A stretch of 64,000 nucleotides of DNA from Fimbriimonadales bacterium. Lineage in GTDB: Bacteria; Armatimonadota; Fimbriimonadia; Fimbriimonadales; JABRVX01. This document shows, piece by piece, positions 1 through 9,586 of the stretch; the stretch's first letter is position 1, and the number at the start of each line of letters is the position of its first letter. The notes under the pieces were generated by a model that was not told the DNA's origin, made no database searches, and saw only the letters and a program-made list of their open reading frames with translations. The stretch is taken from positions 1 through 64,000 of the forward strand of contig BTVI01000006.1 of the NCBI GenBank assembly GCA_045862955.1, written 5' to 3'. Both the position numbers and the translations under genes were made by a program.

Positions 1-100
1 CACTTCCCGTGGTAAGGGCATGGAGCCACTGCGCCCCGCGCGGCGCGGTTAGTAGTCTTATGTATCATTTTTATTGGCAGGGAGGCATACTATCGCAAGC

Positions 101-1483
101 ATGCAGCTGACGCTAGGAGAGCCCGAGCAAGTAGTCATCCTGAAGGGCGCATGGGAAGCTGCGCTGGTGGAGCTGAAGGAGCAGGTCAACTCAGCGACGT
201 ATGAACGATGGATACGCACGCTGACTCCTGTCGGTCGGACCGGCTCCTCGATCAGCCTGGCCACCAACGGCGAGTTCGCAAGGCAGTGGATCACGCGCAA
301 GTTCGCGGATAGTCTTGCAGCAAGCCTTTCGTCGGCGCTCGGCGAACCCGTCACGGTACAGATCGTTCTGGACGAGCGCGCAAAGACGGAGCAGGCTCCG
401 CCCCCACCGGTTGCCAAGAAGAAGGCAGCCGGTCCAGAGCCCGCGATCCGGCGACCCAGCTTCATCCAGAAGTACACCTTCGATCGGTTCGTCGAAGGAA
501 ACAGCAACCGGCTTGCGCTGGCAGGGGCTCAGGCGGTCGCGGCCCAGCCCGGAAAGAAGTTCAACCCCCTTTTCATCTATGGAGGTCCGGGCCTCGGGAA
601 GACTCACCTACTGCATGCGATAGGGCAGCATGTGGTGGCGAGGGATGCTTGCTCTCGCATCGTGTATCTAACTGGGCAGGTGTTCGCCGAGGAGTTCATC
701 CATTCGGTCAAGACCGGCCGCGTCGGCCAGTTTCGCAGCATGCAGCGGAGCGTGGACATCTGGCTGGTGGACGACGTGCAGCTCATCGCGGGCAAGGAGC
801 GCACCCAAGAAGAGTTGTTCCACACGTTCAACTTTCTGTATGAAGGCGGGAGGCAAATCGTCATCTGCAGCGATCGTCCGCCACGCGAGCTGTATCTGAT
901 GGAGGAGAGGTTGCGATCGCGCTTCGAGTCGGGCCTCGTTGCAGATATCAGCCCCCCAGACTTCGAGACGCGTGCGGCGATCTTGATCAAGAAGGCGGAA
1001 GAGGAGGGAGTGACACTCCCTATGGATGTGGTGGACCTGATGGCGGACCGTATCCAGTCCAACATCCGCAAGCTAGAAGGCAGTCTGTGCAGGTTGCTCG
1101 CCGAGGCGTCACTGGCCGGGTGTCCCCCCACGGTGGAGATGGCGGCCAAGGTGCTCCACAACTTCTTCGAAGATGCGAATGCGGCAAAACCCTCCCCCGA
1201 AGCGATCATCGAGGCATCGGCCGAGTGCCACGGCGTCACCGTGGACGAGGTTATGGGCAAGGGGCGAAAGCAGGCAGTTACGGGTGCGCGGCAGGTGGCG
1301 ATGTATCTGTGCCGAGAAATCTGGAGCTTGCCTTGGAAGCAGATCGGCACCCTGTTCCGGAAGGACCACTCATCGGCGATCTACGCGCACAAGTCCATCG
1401 GCGAGGAGCTGGTACGAAATCCAGACCTGCAGCGTGTGCTGGATGAGATCGTGGAGGCCGCACGGTCCAAGCGGCAAGGCTGA
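101..1483 (+). CDS. dnaA: Chromosomal replication initiator DnaA
   Basis: YTFDRFVEGNSN, NPLFIYGGPGLGKTHLL (Walker A), LVDDVQ (Walker B), RLRSRFESGL, domain IV ARQVAMYL..KDHSS. ATG 101 preferred over the ORF-track start at 74. Confidence 0.95.
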   Translation: MQLTLGEPEQVVILKGAWEAALVELKEQVNSATYERWIRTLTPVGRTGSSISLATNGEFARQWITRKFADSLAASLSSALGEPVTVQIVLDERAKTEQAPPPPVAKKKAAGPEPAIRRPSFIQKYTFDRFVEGNSNRLALAGAQAVAAQPGKKFNPLFIYGGPGLGKTHLLHAIGQHVVARDACSRIVYLTGQVFAEEFIHSVKTGRVGQFRSMQRSVDIWLVDDVQLIAGKERTQEELFHTFNFLYEGGRQIVICSDRPPRELYLMEERLRSRFESGLVADISPPDFETRAAILIKKAEEEGVTLPMDVVDLMADRIQSNIRKLEGSLCRLLAEASLAGCPPTVEMAAKVLHNFFEDANAAKPSPEAIIEASAECHGVTVDEVMGKGRKQAVTGARQVAMYLCREIWSLPWKQIGTLFRKDHSSAIYAHKSIGEELVRNPDLQRVLDEIVEAARSKRQG

Positions 1484-1786
1484 ACTCGGGCATGGGGCCG
1501 TCCGCACAAAGAGGAACCGGATGAGCGGGGATACCCATCCGGCTTCCTATGGCCCACCCACGCGCACTGGATCTGCTACAAGTCTCGAGCCGGCCTGTAC
1601 ATCAGGGTGAGCCGATGAGCGACCTGTACTCCAATGGTCGGAGGCCCTCAGAATCCTCTTTAGGGTTTGGGCCGAGAATCTCGCCTCGCAGCCTCGAATC
1701 CCAGCAACTTCCCCGGTAAAGTGCAACTCTTCACTAGCCAAGCAGGGCTGCTCGACGAGGCCATTTTGGGCGGTACACTCCGAGGA

Positions 1787-3538
1787 GTGCGCAAGAGAGT
1801 TCGACTGCTCGATCCCAACGTCGTCAACCGCATCGCCGCTGGCGAGGTGGTGGAGCGTCCAGCATCGGTCGTCAAGGAGCTGATCGAGAACAGCCTGGAT
1901 GCAGGTGCGACGGTCGTGCAGGTGGATGTCGAGGAATGTGGCAAGCGACTGATCCGCGTGACCGACGATGGCTGCGGCATGGACGAGCAGGACGCGCTGC
2001 TTGCTCTCGAGCGCCATGCGACCAGCAAGATCGAGGATGCCGACGACCTGCTCTCCATCGCCACCCTCGGTTTTCGCGGAGAGGCGTTGCCGAGCATCGC
2101 TTCCGTCTCCCGCATGACCCTCACGACTCGCACGCGAGAGGCGGAGGGCGGCGTGCAGATCCGGGTCGAGGGTGGGCAGCGCAGCCCCACCAAGCAAGTG
2201 GCAACCCCAGTCGGCACGGTCGTCTCTGTCGAGGACCTCTTCTTCAACACTCCTGCACGCCTCAAGTTCCTGAAATCCGACGCGACCGAGCTCGCGCAGA
2301 TCGTGGACCTGATCGCCCGCTACGCGATCATCTATCCCGAGGTCGGGTTCTTTCTGCGTCACGACGGGCAGGATTTGCTGCGAAGCCCTGGTGGCACCGG
2401 GTTGCTGAAAGGCATCGCGGCGGTGTGGGGTAGGGAGGTCGCGGAGAAGCTGGTGCCGGTGGACTACGATCGCCATGACATCCGAGTATCGGGCTACGTA
2501 TCGCCCCCGCACCTCACACGCCATTCGCGAGCGTACCAGCACTTCTTCGTGAACCACCGGCCCGTTCGGTCCAAAACGATGTCCGCAGCGCTCGCCGAGG
2601 CGTTCCGCTCGCTCACTCCCGAGCGGAGGTTCCCCATGGCCGTCATCGGCCTCGAGATGGACCCAGCGAGGGTGGACTGCAACGTGCATCCTAGCAAGAG
2701 CGAGGTGAAGTTCCAGCGAGAGGGAGACGTCTTCGAAGCGGTGAGGGGTTCTATTCGATCCGCGCTGCTGCACGAAGGGATGATGCCGGAAGCTCTCGGC
2801 TCGCACCCCGTCCCTACGAGATCGGGCTCCTATCGCCCATCCGTGGCTGCGGTGGCCGCAGCCGTCCGTGCATTCGAGCCGGCGCCGGTTTCTGCCGGAG
2901 AGCAGCCCCTGCTCATCGAGCAGCCGGAGCAGCGACCACGCTTCCCCTTTTCCTATCTGCTGGAATCCTTACGCGTGGTCGGCCAAGCGATGAGCACCTT
3001 CATCATCGCGGAGACGGCGACCGGCCTGGCCATCATAGACCAACACGTGGCTCACGAGCGGGTCATCTTCGAGCGACTGTGCGGGCTCAAGGGTAACCAG
3101 CCGGTGGAAAGACAGTCGCTGATAAGTCCCGAGACGGTAACGCTAGACCGGCGTCTGGCCCTAAGGCTCGAGGAGGCGATAGACGACCTTCGCACTGTCG
3201 GGTATGACATCGAGCCTTTCGGAGGTCAGTCCTTTATACTCAGGGCGGTACCGGCGGTGCTCGCGGGCAAGGACTACCGTGGGGTGTTGCAGGACATCCT
3301 GGACGAGATTGCAGACGAGTCGGGAGGGCGCGGTGGCTACTCTCCCCGCGAGCGCGTTTGGATAGCGACCGCCTGCCGCATGGCGGTCAAAGCGGGCGAC
3401 CCTCTGTCTCACGCCGAGATGCTGAAGCTGATCCACGACCTGGCCGACACCGAGAACCCGTATCTGTGTCCGCACGGGCGTCCCATCGCCATCACCATCG
3501 GCCACGACGAGCTGCTGCGCAAGTTCAAACGGATATGA
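1787..3538 (+). CDS. mutL: DNA mismatch repair protein MutL
   Basis: NRIAAGEVVERPASVVKELIENSLDAGA, RHATSKI, TLGFRGEALPSI, endonuclease motif DQHVAHER, ACR and CPHGRP. GTG start at 1787. Confidence 0.97.
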   Translation: MRKRVRLLDPNVVNRIAAGEVVERPASVVKELIENSLDAGATVVQVDVEECGKRLIRVTDDGCGMDEQDALLALERHATSKIEDADDLLSIATLGFRGEALPSIASVSRMTLTTRTREAEGGVQIRVEGGQRSPTKQVATPVGTVVSVEDLFFNTPARLKFLKSDATELAQIVDLIARYAIIYPEVGFFLRHDGQDLLRSPGGTGLLKGIAAVWGREVAEKLVPVDYDRHDIRVSGYVSPPHLTRHSRAYQHFFVNHRPVRSKTMSAALAEAFRSLTPERRFPMAVIGLEMDPARVDCNVHPSKSEVKFQREGDVFEAVRGSIRSALLHEGMMPEALGSHPVPTRSGSYRPSVAAVAAAVRAFEPAPVSAGEQPLLIEQPEQRPRFPFSYLLESLRVVGQAMSTFIIAETATGLAIIDQHVAHERVIFERLCGLKGNQPVERQSLISPETVTLDRRLALRLEEAIDDLRTVGYDIEPFGGQSFILRAVPAVLAGKDYRGVLQDILDEIADESGGRGGYSPRERVWIATACRMAVKAGDPLSHAEMLKLIHDLADTENPYLCPHGRPIAITIGHDELLRKFKRI

Positions 3539-4029
3539 CCGTATTGGGGCTCGACCCTGGCCTGACCACCACGGGCTACGGCGTGGTGACACGCGAGGCT
3601 GGCAGAATGCGGGCGGTAGCCTACGGTGCCATCAGGACCCCTACCACGGAGGACACGCCTGCCCGCCTGGTTCGGCTCAGAGCAGAGGTGTTGGAGCTGC
3701 TTCGGAAGCACGAACCGGACGCAGTGGCGTTGGAGCGTCTGCTGTTCTCGACAAACCGGAAGACGGTGATGGATGTTGCTCGTGCGTCGGGAGTGATCCT
3801 GCTGGCCATCGGCGAGGCAGGGCTGCGCTGCGCCGAGTATTCTCCCCCCGAGGTCAAGCTGGCCGTAACTGGAGTGGGGCAGGCCGAGAAGCGACAGGTG
3901 CGGTATATGGTGTCGCAGATTCTCGGGCTTCAATCTCCACCGAGCCCCCTCGATGCTGCAGACGCGTTGGCTCTCGCCGTGTGCCACCACCACTCGGTGG
4001 CCGCACGTCGCCTGCGCTCGGATACTTGA
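3535..4029 (+). CDS. ruvC: Holliday junction resolvase RuvC
   Basis: MTVLGLDPGLTTTGYGVV, EYSPPEVKLAVTGVGQAEKRQV, DAADALALA. ATG overlaps the mutL stop (ATGA). Confidence 0.95.
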   Translation: MTVLGLDPGLTTTGYGVVTREAGRMRAVAYGAIRTPTTEDTPARLVRLRAEVLELLRKHEPDAVALERLLFSTNRKTVMDVARASGVILLAIGEAGLRCAEYSPPEVKLAVTGVGQAEKRQVRYMVSQILGLQSPPSPLDAADALALAVCHHHSVAARRLRSDT

Positions 4030-4252
4030 TCTCTTTCTTTCTCCTTACGGACGACGTCCGGAACACAATAGCCAGTGTTTGCGATACAATGAGTACAGGT
4101 AGAGGTGCGGTATAGTGTCGTAGCTTGCCGAAGGGAGTGTCGTTTCCGACTTCGGCAGCGTAGCCTTGCTCACGATTCTTACGTCCGGTTCGGGCGATTG
4201 GGGCCTACGACTAGGTGACCGATCCCCCGGAAGAGCGCAGTTGCATGCAATC

Positions 4253-4277
4253 GGCGGGCTGCAGCCCGCCACTTTTT
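4253..4277 (+). terminator. Rho-independent terminator
   Basis: GGCGGGCTGCAGCCCGCC palindrome followed by ACTTTTT. Confidence 0.7.
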
Positions 4278-4282
4278 GCTTC

Positions 4283-4353
4283 TCGAACTGCCCGGCTGTC
4301 CGAAGCCGGGCAGTTCGATGACTCGGAAAGGCGCCCCGACGAGCGGGGCGCCT
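4283..4353. repeat. Two perfect inverted repeats between convergent genes
   Basis: TCGAACTGCCCGGCT-N6-AGCCGGGCAGTTCGA (4283-4318) and AGGCGCCCCG-N5-CGGGGCGCCT (4329-4353). Confidence 0.75.
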
Positions 4354-4400
4354 GCCCACACACCGAGACGGTCTGAGTAACGTCTCAGCATGAAGCCGCT

Positions 4401-4793
4401 CTAGTCTGCCGGATGCGAGTCCGAGCAGAGCCGGTTCAATAAGTCCCGCGCGGTAGAGTGGTTCGGATCCAGCTCCAGGCATCGCTGGAGGTGGTCGCAG
4501 CCTTCCTCACTCTGGCCCGCGCTGACCAGCATTGCACCCAGGTTATAGCGGTAAACCGGGTTATCCGGTGCGAGAGCCACTGCTTGCTCGAACTGGTGTA
4601 GCGCGTCGTCCTCTCTCCCCAGTCTCTGGTAGGCGATGCCGAGCTTGTCGTGCGCCCATGCATCGTTGGGGTCGTGGGCAACGGCCCGCTCGAGCGAACG
4701 GGCGGCGTCCGCGTACCTGTGCTCCTTAAGAGCGAGACGTGCTGCTTCGTGCAGCGTAAGGCTCGTTGTATCCGGGCTCATATGACTCTGCAC
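4401..4793 (-). CDS. Small TPR protein
   Basis: About 3 TPR units (AVAHDPNDAWAHDKLGIAY, AVALAPDNPVYRYNLGAML, CLELDPNH). Start may be ATG 4781. Confidence 0.85.
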   Translation of the reverse strand: MQSHMSPDTTSLTLHEAARLALKEHRYADAARSLERAVAHDPNDAWAHDKLGIAYQRLGREDDALHQFEQAVALAPDNPVYRYNLGAMLVSAGQSEEGCDHLQRCLELDPNHSTARDLLNRLCSDSHPAD

Positions 4794-4927
4794 TCGAGTT
4801 CAGCGGTCGAGACCTTTCTTTTCTTACTCTATCAGAGTTTTCGGCGCATTGCAAGCCTTCTGGCCTGAAGGGCGCGGCGAAGTTGCCGACGGGTCGGACC
4901 GGCGGAAATACCGAAATGGGACGGGGT

Positions 4928-4954
4928 TAACATACGCGCCTATACTGCCGATAT
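4928..4954 (+). promoter_or_regulatory. Sigma-28 (FliA/SigD)-type promoter upstream of flgB
   Basis: TAAC-N15-GCCGATAT versus consensus TAAA-N15-GCCGATAW. Overlapping TATACT at 4941-4946. Confidence 0.6.
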
Positions 4955-5049
4955 GGCGATTGGCGGGTGGGTTCCCGCCCCGGCGCAACGGACTGTGTGT
5001 CGGGCAATCGGCTAGGACGCCCCATGGGGATCACTGGGAGCGACCTGAA

Positions 5050-5445
5050 ATGCTGGAGTCCCTGTTCGCCCCTACGTCGGGCGAGCTCGAACGTGCGCTG
5101 GGATACGAGTCCGCGCGGCAGCGTGTGATCGCCCACAACATCGCGAACGTCAACACTCCTGGCTACAAGGCCAAGGAGATCTTTCGCTTGGCGCTATCCC
5201 GGGCCGAGTCGAGGGAACACGACGTGCCTTCGCCCCGCGTCGAGGCTTCTGACGACGAGTCCGGCCCCCCCTATGAGATCATCACGTCCGAGGAGCCACC
5301 GGTTCGTCCCGACGGCAACAACGTCAATCTCGAATCCCAGATGGTCGAGCTCGCTGATGCCGAGCTACGCTACCGGGCGCTCACTCAGATGACCTCACGA
5401 TACTTCCAAGGTCTGCGCCGAGTTATCGGCGGCAGCGGGAGGTGA
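5050..5445 (+). CDS. flgB: Flagellar basal-body rod protein FlgB
   Basis: RQRVIAHNIANVNTPGYKAKE, RPDGNNVNLESQM. ATG 5050 after GGGAG. Confidence 0.93.
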   Translation: MLESLFAPTSGELERALGYESARQRVIAHNIANVNTPGYKAKEIFRLALSRAESREHDVPSPRVEASDDESGPPYEIITSEEPPVRPDGNNVNLESQMVELADAELRYRALTQMTSRYFQGLRRVIGGSGR

Positions 5446-5852
5446 CCATGAGCCTGCTCTCCAGTAGCATGGCAATCAGCGCTTCCGGCCTGCATGCCGA
5501 GCGTTTCCGAATGGACGTGATCGCTCACAACCTGGCTAACAGCAACACCACGCGCACCGAGGACGGCCTGCCGTTCAAGAGGCGCATCGTGCGATTTGCC
5601 GAGGTGATGGACGAGACCCTCCGGGGCGTGCAGGTGGACAGCGTGGAGGAGGATCCCTCCGAGGGCCCTAAAGTGTTCGACCCGGGTGCTCCGGGCGCCG
5701 ACGCCGAGGGCATGGTGGAAGGCGCCAACGTCAACCCGGTGCTGGAGATGGTGGACCTGCTGTCCGCCACACGGGCCTACGAAGCCAACATCACGGCGTT
5801 CAACGCTGCGAAGGGCATGATGCTGAACGCCCTGACCATAGGTGCAACCTAA
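5442..5852 (+). CDS. flgC: Flagellar basal-body rod protein FlgC
   Basis: ISASGLHAERFRMDVIAHNLANSNTTR, NVNPVLEMVDLLSATRAYEAN. Confidence 0.95.
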   Translation: MTMSLLSSSMAISASGLHAERFRMDVIAHNLANSNTTRTEDGLPFKRRIVRFAEVMDETLRGVQVDSVEEDPSEGPKVFDPGAPGADAEGMVEGANVNPVLEMVDLLSATRAYEANITAFNAAKGMMLNALTIGAT

Positions 5853-5855
5853 CGC

Positions 5856-6146
5856 ATGAGAATCGAAGACCTGACCCGATCGAGCCTCCAGCCGGCGCCC
5901 CTCCGCGCCGCGAACGAGCCGGCGGGTACGGACTTCGGCCAACTGCTCATGGACGCCTTGAGAGAAGTGAACGAGACCCAACTCGAGGCGGGTGAGCTGA
6001 GAAGTAGGTTCGCGGACGGCGAGCCAGTGGAGCTGCACGACGTGATGATCGCGTTGGAGAAAGCCGGCGTCGCGCTGCAGCTCGCGGTGGAGGTCCGCAA
6101 CAAGCTGCTGGAAGCTTACCAAGAAATCAGTCGCATACCGGTCTAG
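5856..6146 (+). CDS. fliE: Flagellar hook-basal body protein FliE
   Basis: LHDVMIALEKAGVALQLAVEVRNKLLEAYQEI; follows flgC. Confidence 0.95.
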   Translation: MRIEDLTRSSLQPAPLRAANEPAGTDFGQLLMDALREVNETQLEAGELRSRFADGEPVELHDVMIALEKAGVALQLAVEVRNKLLEAYQEISRIPV

Positions 6147-6181
6147 TACGAAGCATCCCGTCAGGGATGTGAGGAGAGGAA

Positions 6182-6220
6182 CCCTCACCCCAACCCTCTC
6201 CCTTTACAAGGGAGAGGGAG
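6182..6220 (+). repeat. Solo REP-like palindrome (CCCTCACCCC family)
   Basis: CCCTCACCCCAACCCTCTCCCTTTACAAGGGAGAGGGAG between fliE and fliF. Confidence 0.85.
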
Positions 6221-6254
6221 GTAGGAGACCGGGTGGGACGGGGGCAGTTTGGGA

Positions 6255-7922
6255 ATGCAAGGTCTGATCCTGAAGATCAGGGCGTGGTGGAACATCGCCG
6301 ACAAGACGGCCCGGACCGTCACGATTGTCGGTGTCGCGTTTCTGCTGGTCACGATGGCAGTCACCTTCTACTTGGCCTCCCAGCCCGACTTCGTGGTGCT
6401 GTACGCCGACCTCACACCCGCCGACAGCGGGAAAGTAATCAACAAGCTGAAGGACCTGAAGGTCCCCTTCCGGATTGGGGCCGACGGGGCCACCATCGAG
6501 GTGCCGAAGCAGCAGCGCGATGAAGTTCGCATGAAGCTCGCGGCGGAAGGGCTACCGGTTCAGACCGCCGGGCTCGGCAAGGGTTGGCTGGACAAGTCGA
6601 GCATCGGTCAGACCCAAGAGCACGAACGCGCCGTGATGCGCGTGATGCTAGAGGAAGAGCTGCAGAAGACGATCGAGTCGCTGAAGCCCGTCCAAGCGGC
6701 CAAGGTCCACCTAACGGAGGGTCAATCCGGACCCTTTGCCGATCAGCAGACGGCGCCGACTGCGAACGTTGTCGTCCATTTGAGCCCTGGTCAGGAGCTA
6801 GCTCCGGAGCAGGTAGCAGGCATCGTGCACGTGGTAACGGGAAGCGTAAGCGGGATGACGCCTCGCAACGTTTCAGTGGTGGACGGCGAGGGTCGGGTAC
6901 TGCACGACGGAGCCAGCCAGGGCCCTGGAGGCACGGGCATCTACGACGTGAAGCGGCAGCAGGAGACTGCGTTCGCGGCGGCACTGCGGAGCGAGATCGA
7001 GCGTCACTTGGAATACGTTCTGGGACCCGGGAAGGCGATTGCCGGCGTCCAGTGCGTGATGAACTTCGACACCGAGCAGTCGGAACGCACGATCAACACG
7101 CCTTCAGCGGGGTCGGTGGCACCGGCAGGTACGCCGACACTGCCGAAGTCGTCGCCGAACGTCATCTCGGAGACGACCACCACGGAGACCTACTCGAGCG
7201 GTGCAGTGGGTGCCAGAGGACCGGTCGGCACGGCATCCAACGTTCCCGGAGCTGGGAGCGGTGTGGCGTCGTCGGGCGCTGGTGGTCGCGGGTACTCGTC
7301 CGAAAAGCGACAAAGCGAATACGCGTTCGACCAAGAACACCGAAGCACAACGCGTGCTCCAGGCCGAATCGAGAAGCTGAGCGTGTCTGTCATGGTGGAC
7401 GAGAGTGTGAAGCCGGAGCAGGTGGCGGCGGTCACGCAATATCTGAACGGCTTACTCGGAATCTCGGACCCTGCAGCGCCGCCTCCCGGCTACTCCGTGA
7501 GAGTCAGCCCGATAGCCTTCGACAAGACCGCAAAGGAAGCTGCGCTGAAGGCCAGTCAGGCCAATGCATCGGCGATGCGGATGGACCGTTACCTTTCGCT
7601 TCTCCCTTCGGTTGCGCTGATTATTGCGGCGGTGCTCGTGATGAGAGCACTCGGCAAGCGGTCCATTCGACTGGAGGTGCCGTCGTTGAGTTCAGCGACT
7701 GCCGCCGCGGGGGCCGAGCCGCCGAGCCTGGGAGAGCCCTCACCCGGTGCGATGCCGAGGCTCGAGGAGGCGCCCTCTCAGCAGGTGGAGGCAAAGATCG
7801 AAGTAAGCCCCATTCCTCCGCGCCTCAACGTGCCGTTCGAACAGATAGCTCGCATGGTGGCCGACAACCCTCGCACGGTGGCAATGCTCGTGAAGAGCTG
7901 GATGATGGAGGACAAGCGATAA
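6255..7922 (+). CDS. fliF: Flagellar M-ring protein FliF
   Basis: Two TM segments, EVRMKLAAEGLP, LEEELQKTIE, AKVHL, GRIEKLSVSVMVD, C-terminal VAMLVKSWM; position between fliE and fliG. Confidence 0.92.
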   Translation: MQGLILKIRAWWNIADKTARTVTIVGVAFLLVTMAVTFYLASQPDFVVLYADLTPADSGKVINKLKDLKVPFRIGADGATIEVPKQQRDEVRMKLAAEGLPVQTAGLGKGWLDKSSIGQTQEHERAVMRVMLEEELQKTIESLKPVQAAKVHLTEGQSGPFADQQTAPTANVVVHLSPGQELAPEQVAGIVHVVTGSVSGMTPRNVSVVDGEGRVLHDGASQGPGGTGIYDVKRQQETAFAAALRSEIERHLEYVLGPGKAIAGVQCVMNFDTEQSERTINTPSAGSVAPAGTPTLPKSSPNVISETTTTETYSSGAVGARGPVGTASNVPGAGSGVASSGAGGRGYSSEKRQSEYAFDQEHRSTTRAPGRIEKLSVSVMVDESVKPEQVAAVTQYLNGLLGISDPAAPPPGYSVRVSPIAFDKTAKEAALKASQANASAMRMDRYLSLLPSVALIIAAVLVMRALGKRSIRLEVPSLSSATAAAGAEPPSLGEPSPGAMPRLEEAPSQQVEAKIEVSPIPPRLNVPFEQIARMVADNPRTVAMLVKSWMMEDKR

Positions 7923-7923
7923 C

Positions 7924-8937
7924 ATGAGAACCTCGCACGGCCAGCTGACCTATCGCAAAAAAGCGGCCATTCTGCTGACTGCGCTGGGGCCAGAGCTTGC
8001 CGCTCCGGTTCTGCAGCAGCTGTCGGAGGAGGACGCAGAGAACCTGGCGGTCGAGATTGCCAGGCTCGAAAAGATCGAGCCCGAAGTGCGAGGCGAGGTA
8101 ATCGAAGAGTTTCACCACCTATGCCAGGTGCAGGACTTCATCCAAGAGGGCGGGATACGCCACGCGGAGCAGAACCTTTACGCAGCATTCGGGCCTGAGA
8201 AGGCAAGCGAGATGGTGGAGCGAGTGAAGCGGGCGCTACAAGTCGTTCCCTTCGACTTCCTGAAGAACACGGACCCAGCGCAGCTGCTCAGCTTCATCCA
8301 GGACGAGCACCCCCAGACGATCGCCCTGGTACTCGCTTATGTCAAGCCGGCTCATGCCGCTGCCATCCTGGGAAAGCTGTCGCCCGAGATACGCGCCGAC
8401 GTTGCGGAACGCCTCGTGATGATGGACCGTACCCCGCCCGACGTGGTTCACCGCGTGGAGAGCGTGCTCCAACGAAAGCTCTCCAGCGTGATCAGTCAGG
8501 ACCTCACCAGCGCAGGCGGGCCGAAAACGCTCGTGGAGATACTGAGTTGGGTGGACCGTGCGACAGAGCGGTCTATTCTGGACGGCCTGACCGAAACCAA
8601 CCCCGAACTGGCCGAAGAGGTCAAGAACATGATGTTCGTGTTCGAGGACATCGTGTCGCTCGAGGACCGCGCCGTGCAGCAGATTCTGAAGGAAGTGGAC
8701 ATGAAGGAGCTGGCGACTGCGCTCAAAGGAACGAGCGACGACGTTCAGCAGAAGATATTCAAGAACATGTCCGAGCGCGCAACCGGCCAGCTGAAGGAGG
8801 ACATGGAATTTATGGGCCCGACCCGCCTTCGTGTGATCGAAGAGGCACAGCAGCGCATCGTGGCCATCATCCGAAGGCTGGAAGAGGCCGGGGAGCTGGA
8901 GATCTACCGCGGTGGCGAGGACGAGGTCGTTGTCTAA
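7924..8937 (+). CDS. fliG: Flagellar motor switch protein FliG
   Basis: KAAILL, EHPQTIALVL, MFVFEDI, NMSERA, EEAQQRIVAIIRRLEEAGE. Confidence 0.97.
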   Translation: MRTSHGQLTYRKKAAILLTALGPELAAPVLQQLSEEDAENLAVEIARLEKIEPEVRGEVIEEFHHLCQVQDFIQEGGIRHAEQNLYAAFGPEKASEMVERVKRALQVVPFDFLKNTDPAQLLSFIQDEHPQTIALVLAYVKPAHAAAILGKLSPEIRADVAERLVMMDRTPPDVVHRVESVLQRKLSSVISQDLTSAGGPKTLVEILSWVDRATERSILDGLTETNPELAEEVKNMMFVFEDIVSLEDRAVQQILKEVDMKELATALKGTSDDVQQKIFKNMSERATGQLKEDMEFMGPTRLRVIEEAQQRIVAIIRRLEEAGELEIYRGGEDEVVV

Positions 8938-9586
8938 GCGCATCTACCGAGGTGATCAAGCCGAGGGGGACTGGCGACGAGCCGTCTCGGGATCGATCCC
9001 GAGAGAGGAACTTCGCCTGAAGTCTAACGCACGAGCGAACGCCGCCTACTCCGAGGAGAGACAGCGGGGCTACAAGGAAGGCTACGACGCGGGCCACGCG
9101 GAGGGAACGCGGCTGGGCCGCGAGCAGGCTCTCGCCGAGGTGAAGGCAGCACATCAGGCGATGCTGGACGCACTAGCCGCGGAGCTCCGGACTGCGTCGG
9201 AGCGGCTGGACGAGGCGGTGAAGCGATTCTGGCTTCAGTCCGAAAGTGAGTTGCGAGAGCTGGCCATAGCCATCGCCGAAGTGCTGCTGAAACAGGAACT
9301 TCGCCAGAGCCCCGAGTCCATTCTGAGCGTGGTTCGAGACGCAATCATGCGCGTGGCGAACTCGCGGGAGGTCCGGGTGCGCGTGAGCCTGTCCGATCTG
9401 CCGACCCTGAAGGCGGCGCAGCAGGAACTCGTGGCCACGCTGCAGGGTGTGGACCGGGTGGAGATTACTGCCAGCGACATCCAGCCTGGTGGGTGCGTGG
9501 TGGAAAGTGCAGTCGGGGTCGTGGACGCGAGTGTGAGCAGCCAGATCGAGCAGATTCAGGATGTGCTGAGAGGCGAGGCGGCATGA
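8930..9586 (+). CDS. fliH: Flagellar assembly protein FliH
   Basis: GxxxG repeats (GYKEGYDAGHAEGTRLG), PGGCVVESAVGVVDA; lies between fliG and fliI. TTG start assumed. Confidence 0.88.
   Translation: MSKRIYRGDQAEGDWRRAVSGSIPREELRLKSNARANAAYSEERQRGYKEGYDAGHAEGTRLGREQALAEVKAAHQAMLDALAAELRTASERLDEAVKRFWLQSESELRELAIAIAEVLLKQELRQSPESILSVVRDAIMRVANSREVRVRVSLSDLPTLKAAQQELVATLQGVDRVEITASDIQPGGCVVESAVGVVDASVSSQIEQIQDVLRGEAA

Noticed and set aside
1547..2806. 419-aa antisense ORF and similar long overlapping ORFs (e.g. 6584-7927, 8236-8943)
   Set aside because: Shadow frames of well-supported genes in GC-rich DNA.
4099..4240. Lysine riboswitch (AGAGGTGCG start)
   Set aside because: Internal conserved elements are missing or out of order, and no co-directional gene follows.
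4842..4890. c-di-GMP-I riboswitch upstream of flgB
   Set aside because: GCAAGCC..GGCCTGAAG..GTTGCCGA resembles the 3' half, but the GGCAAAC/GAAA-tetraloop hairpin is absent and the site lies upstream of the predicted promoter.
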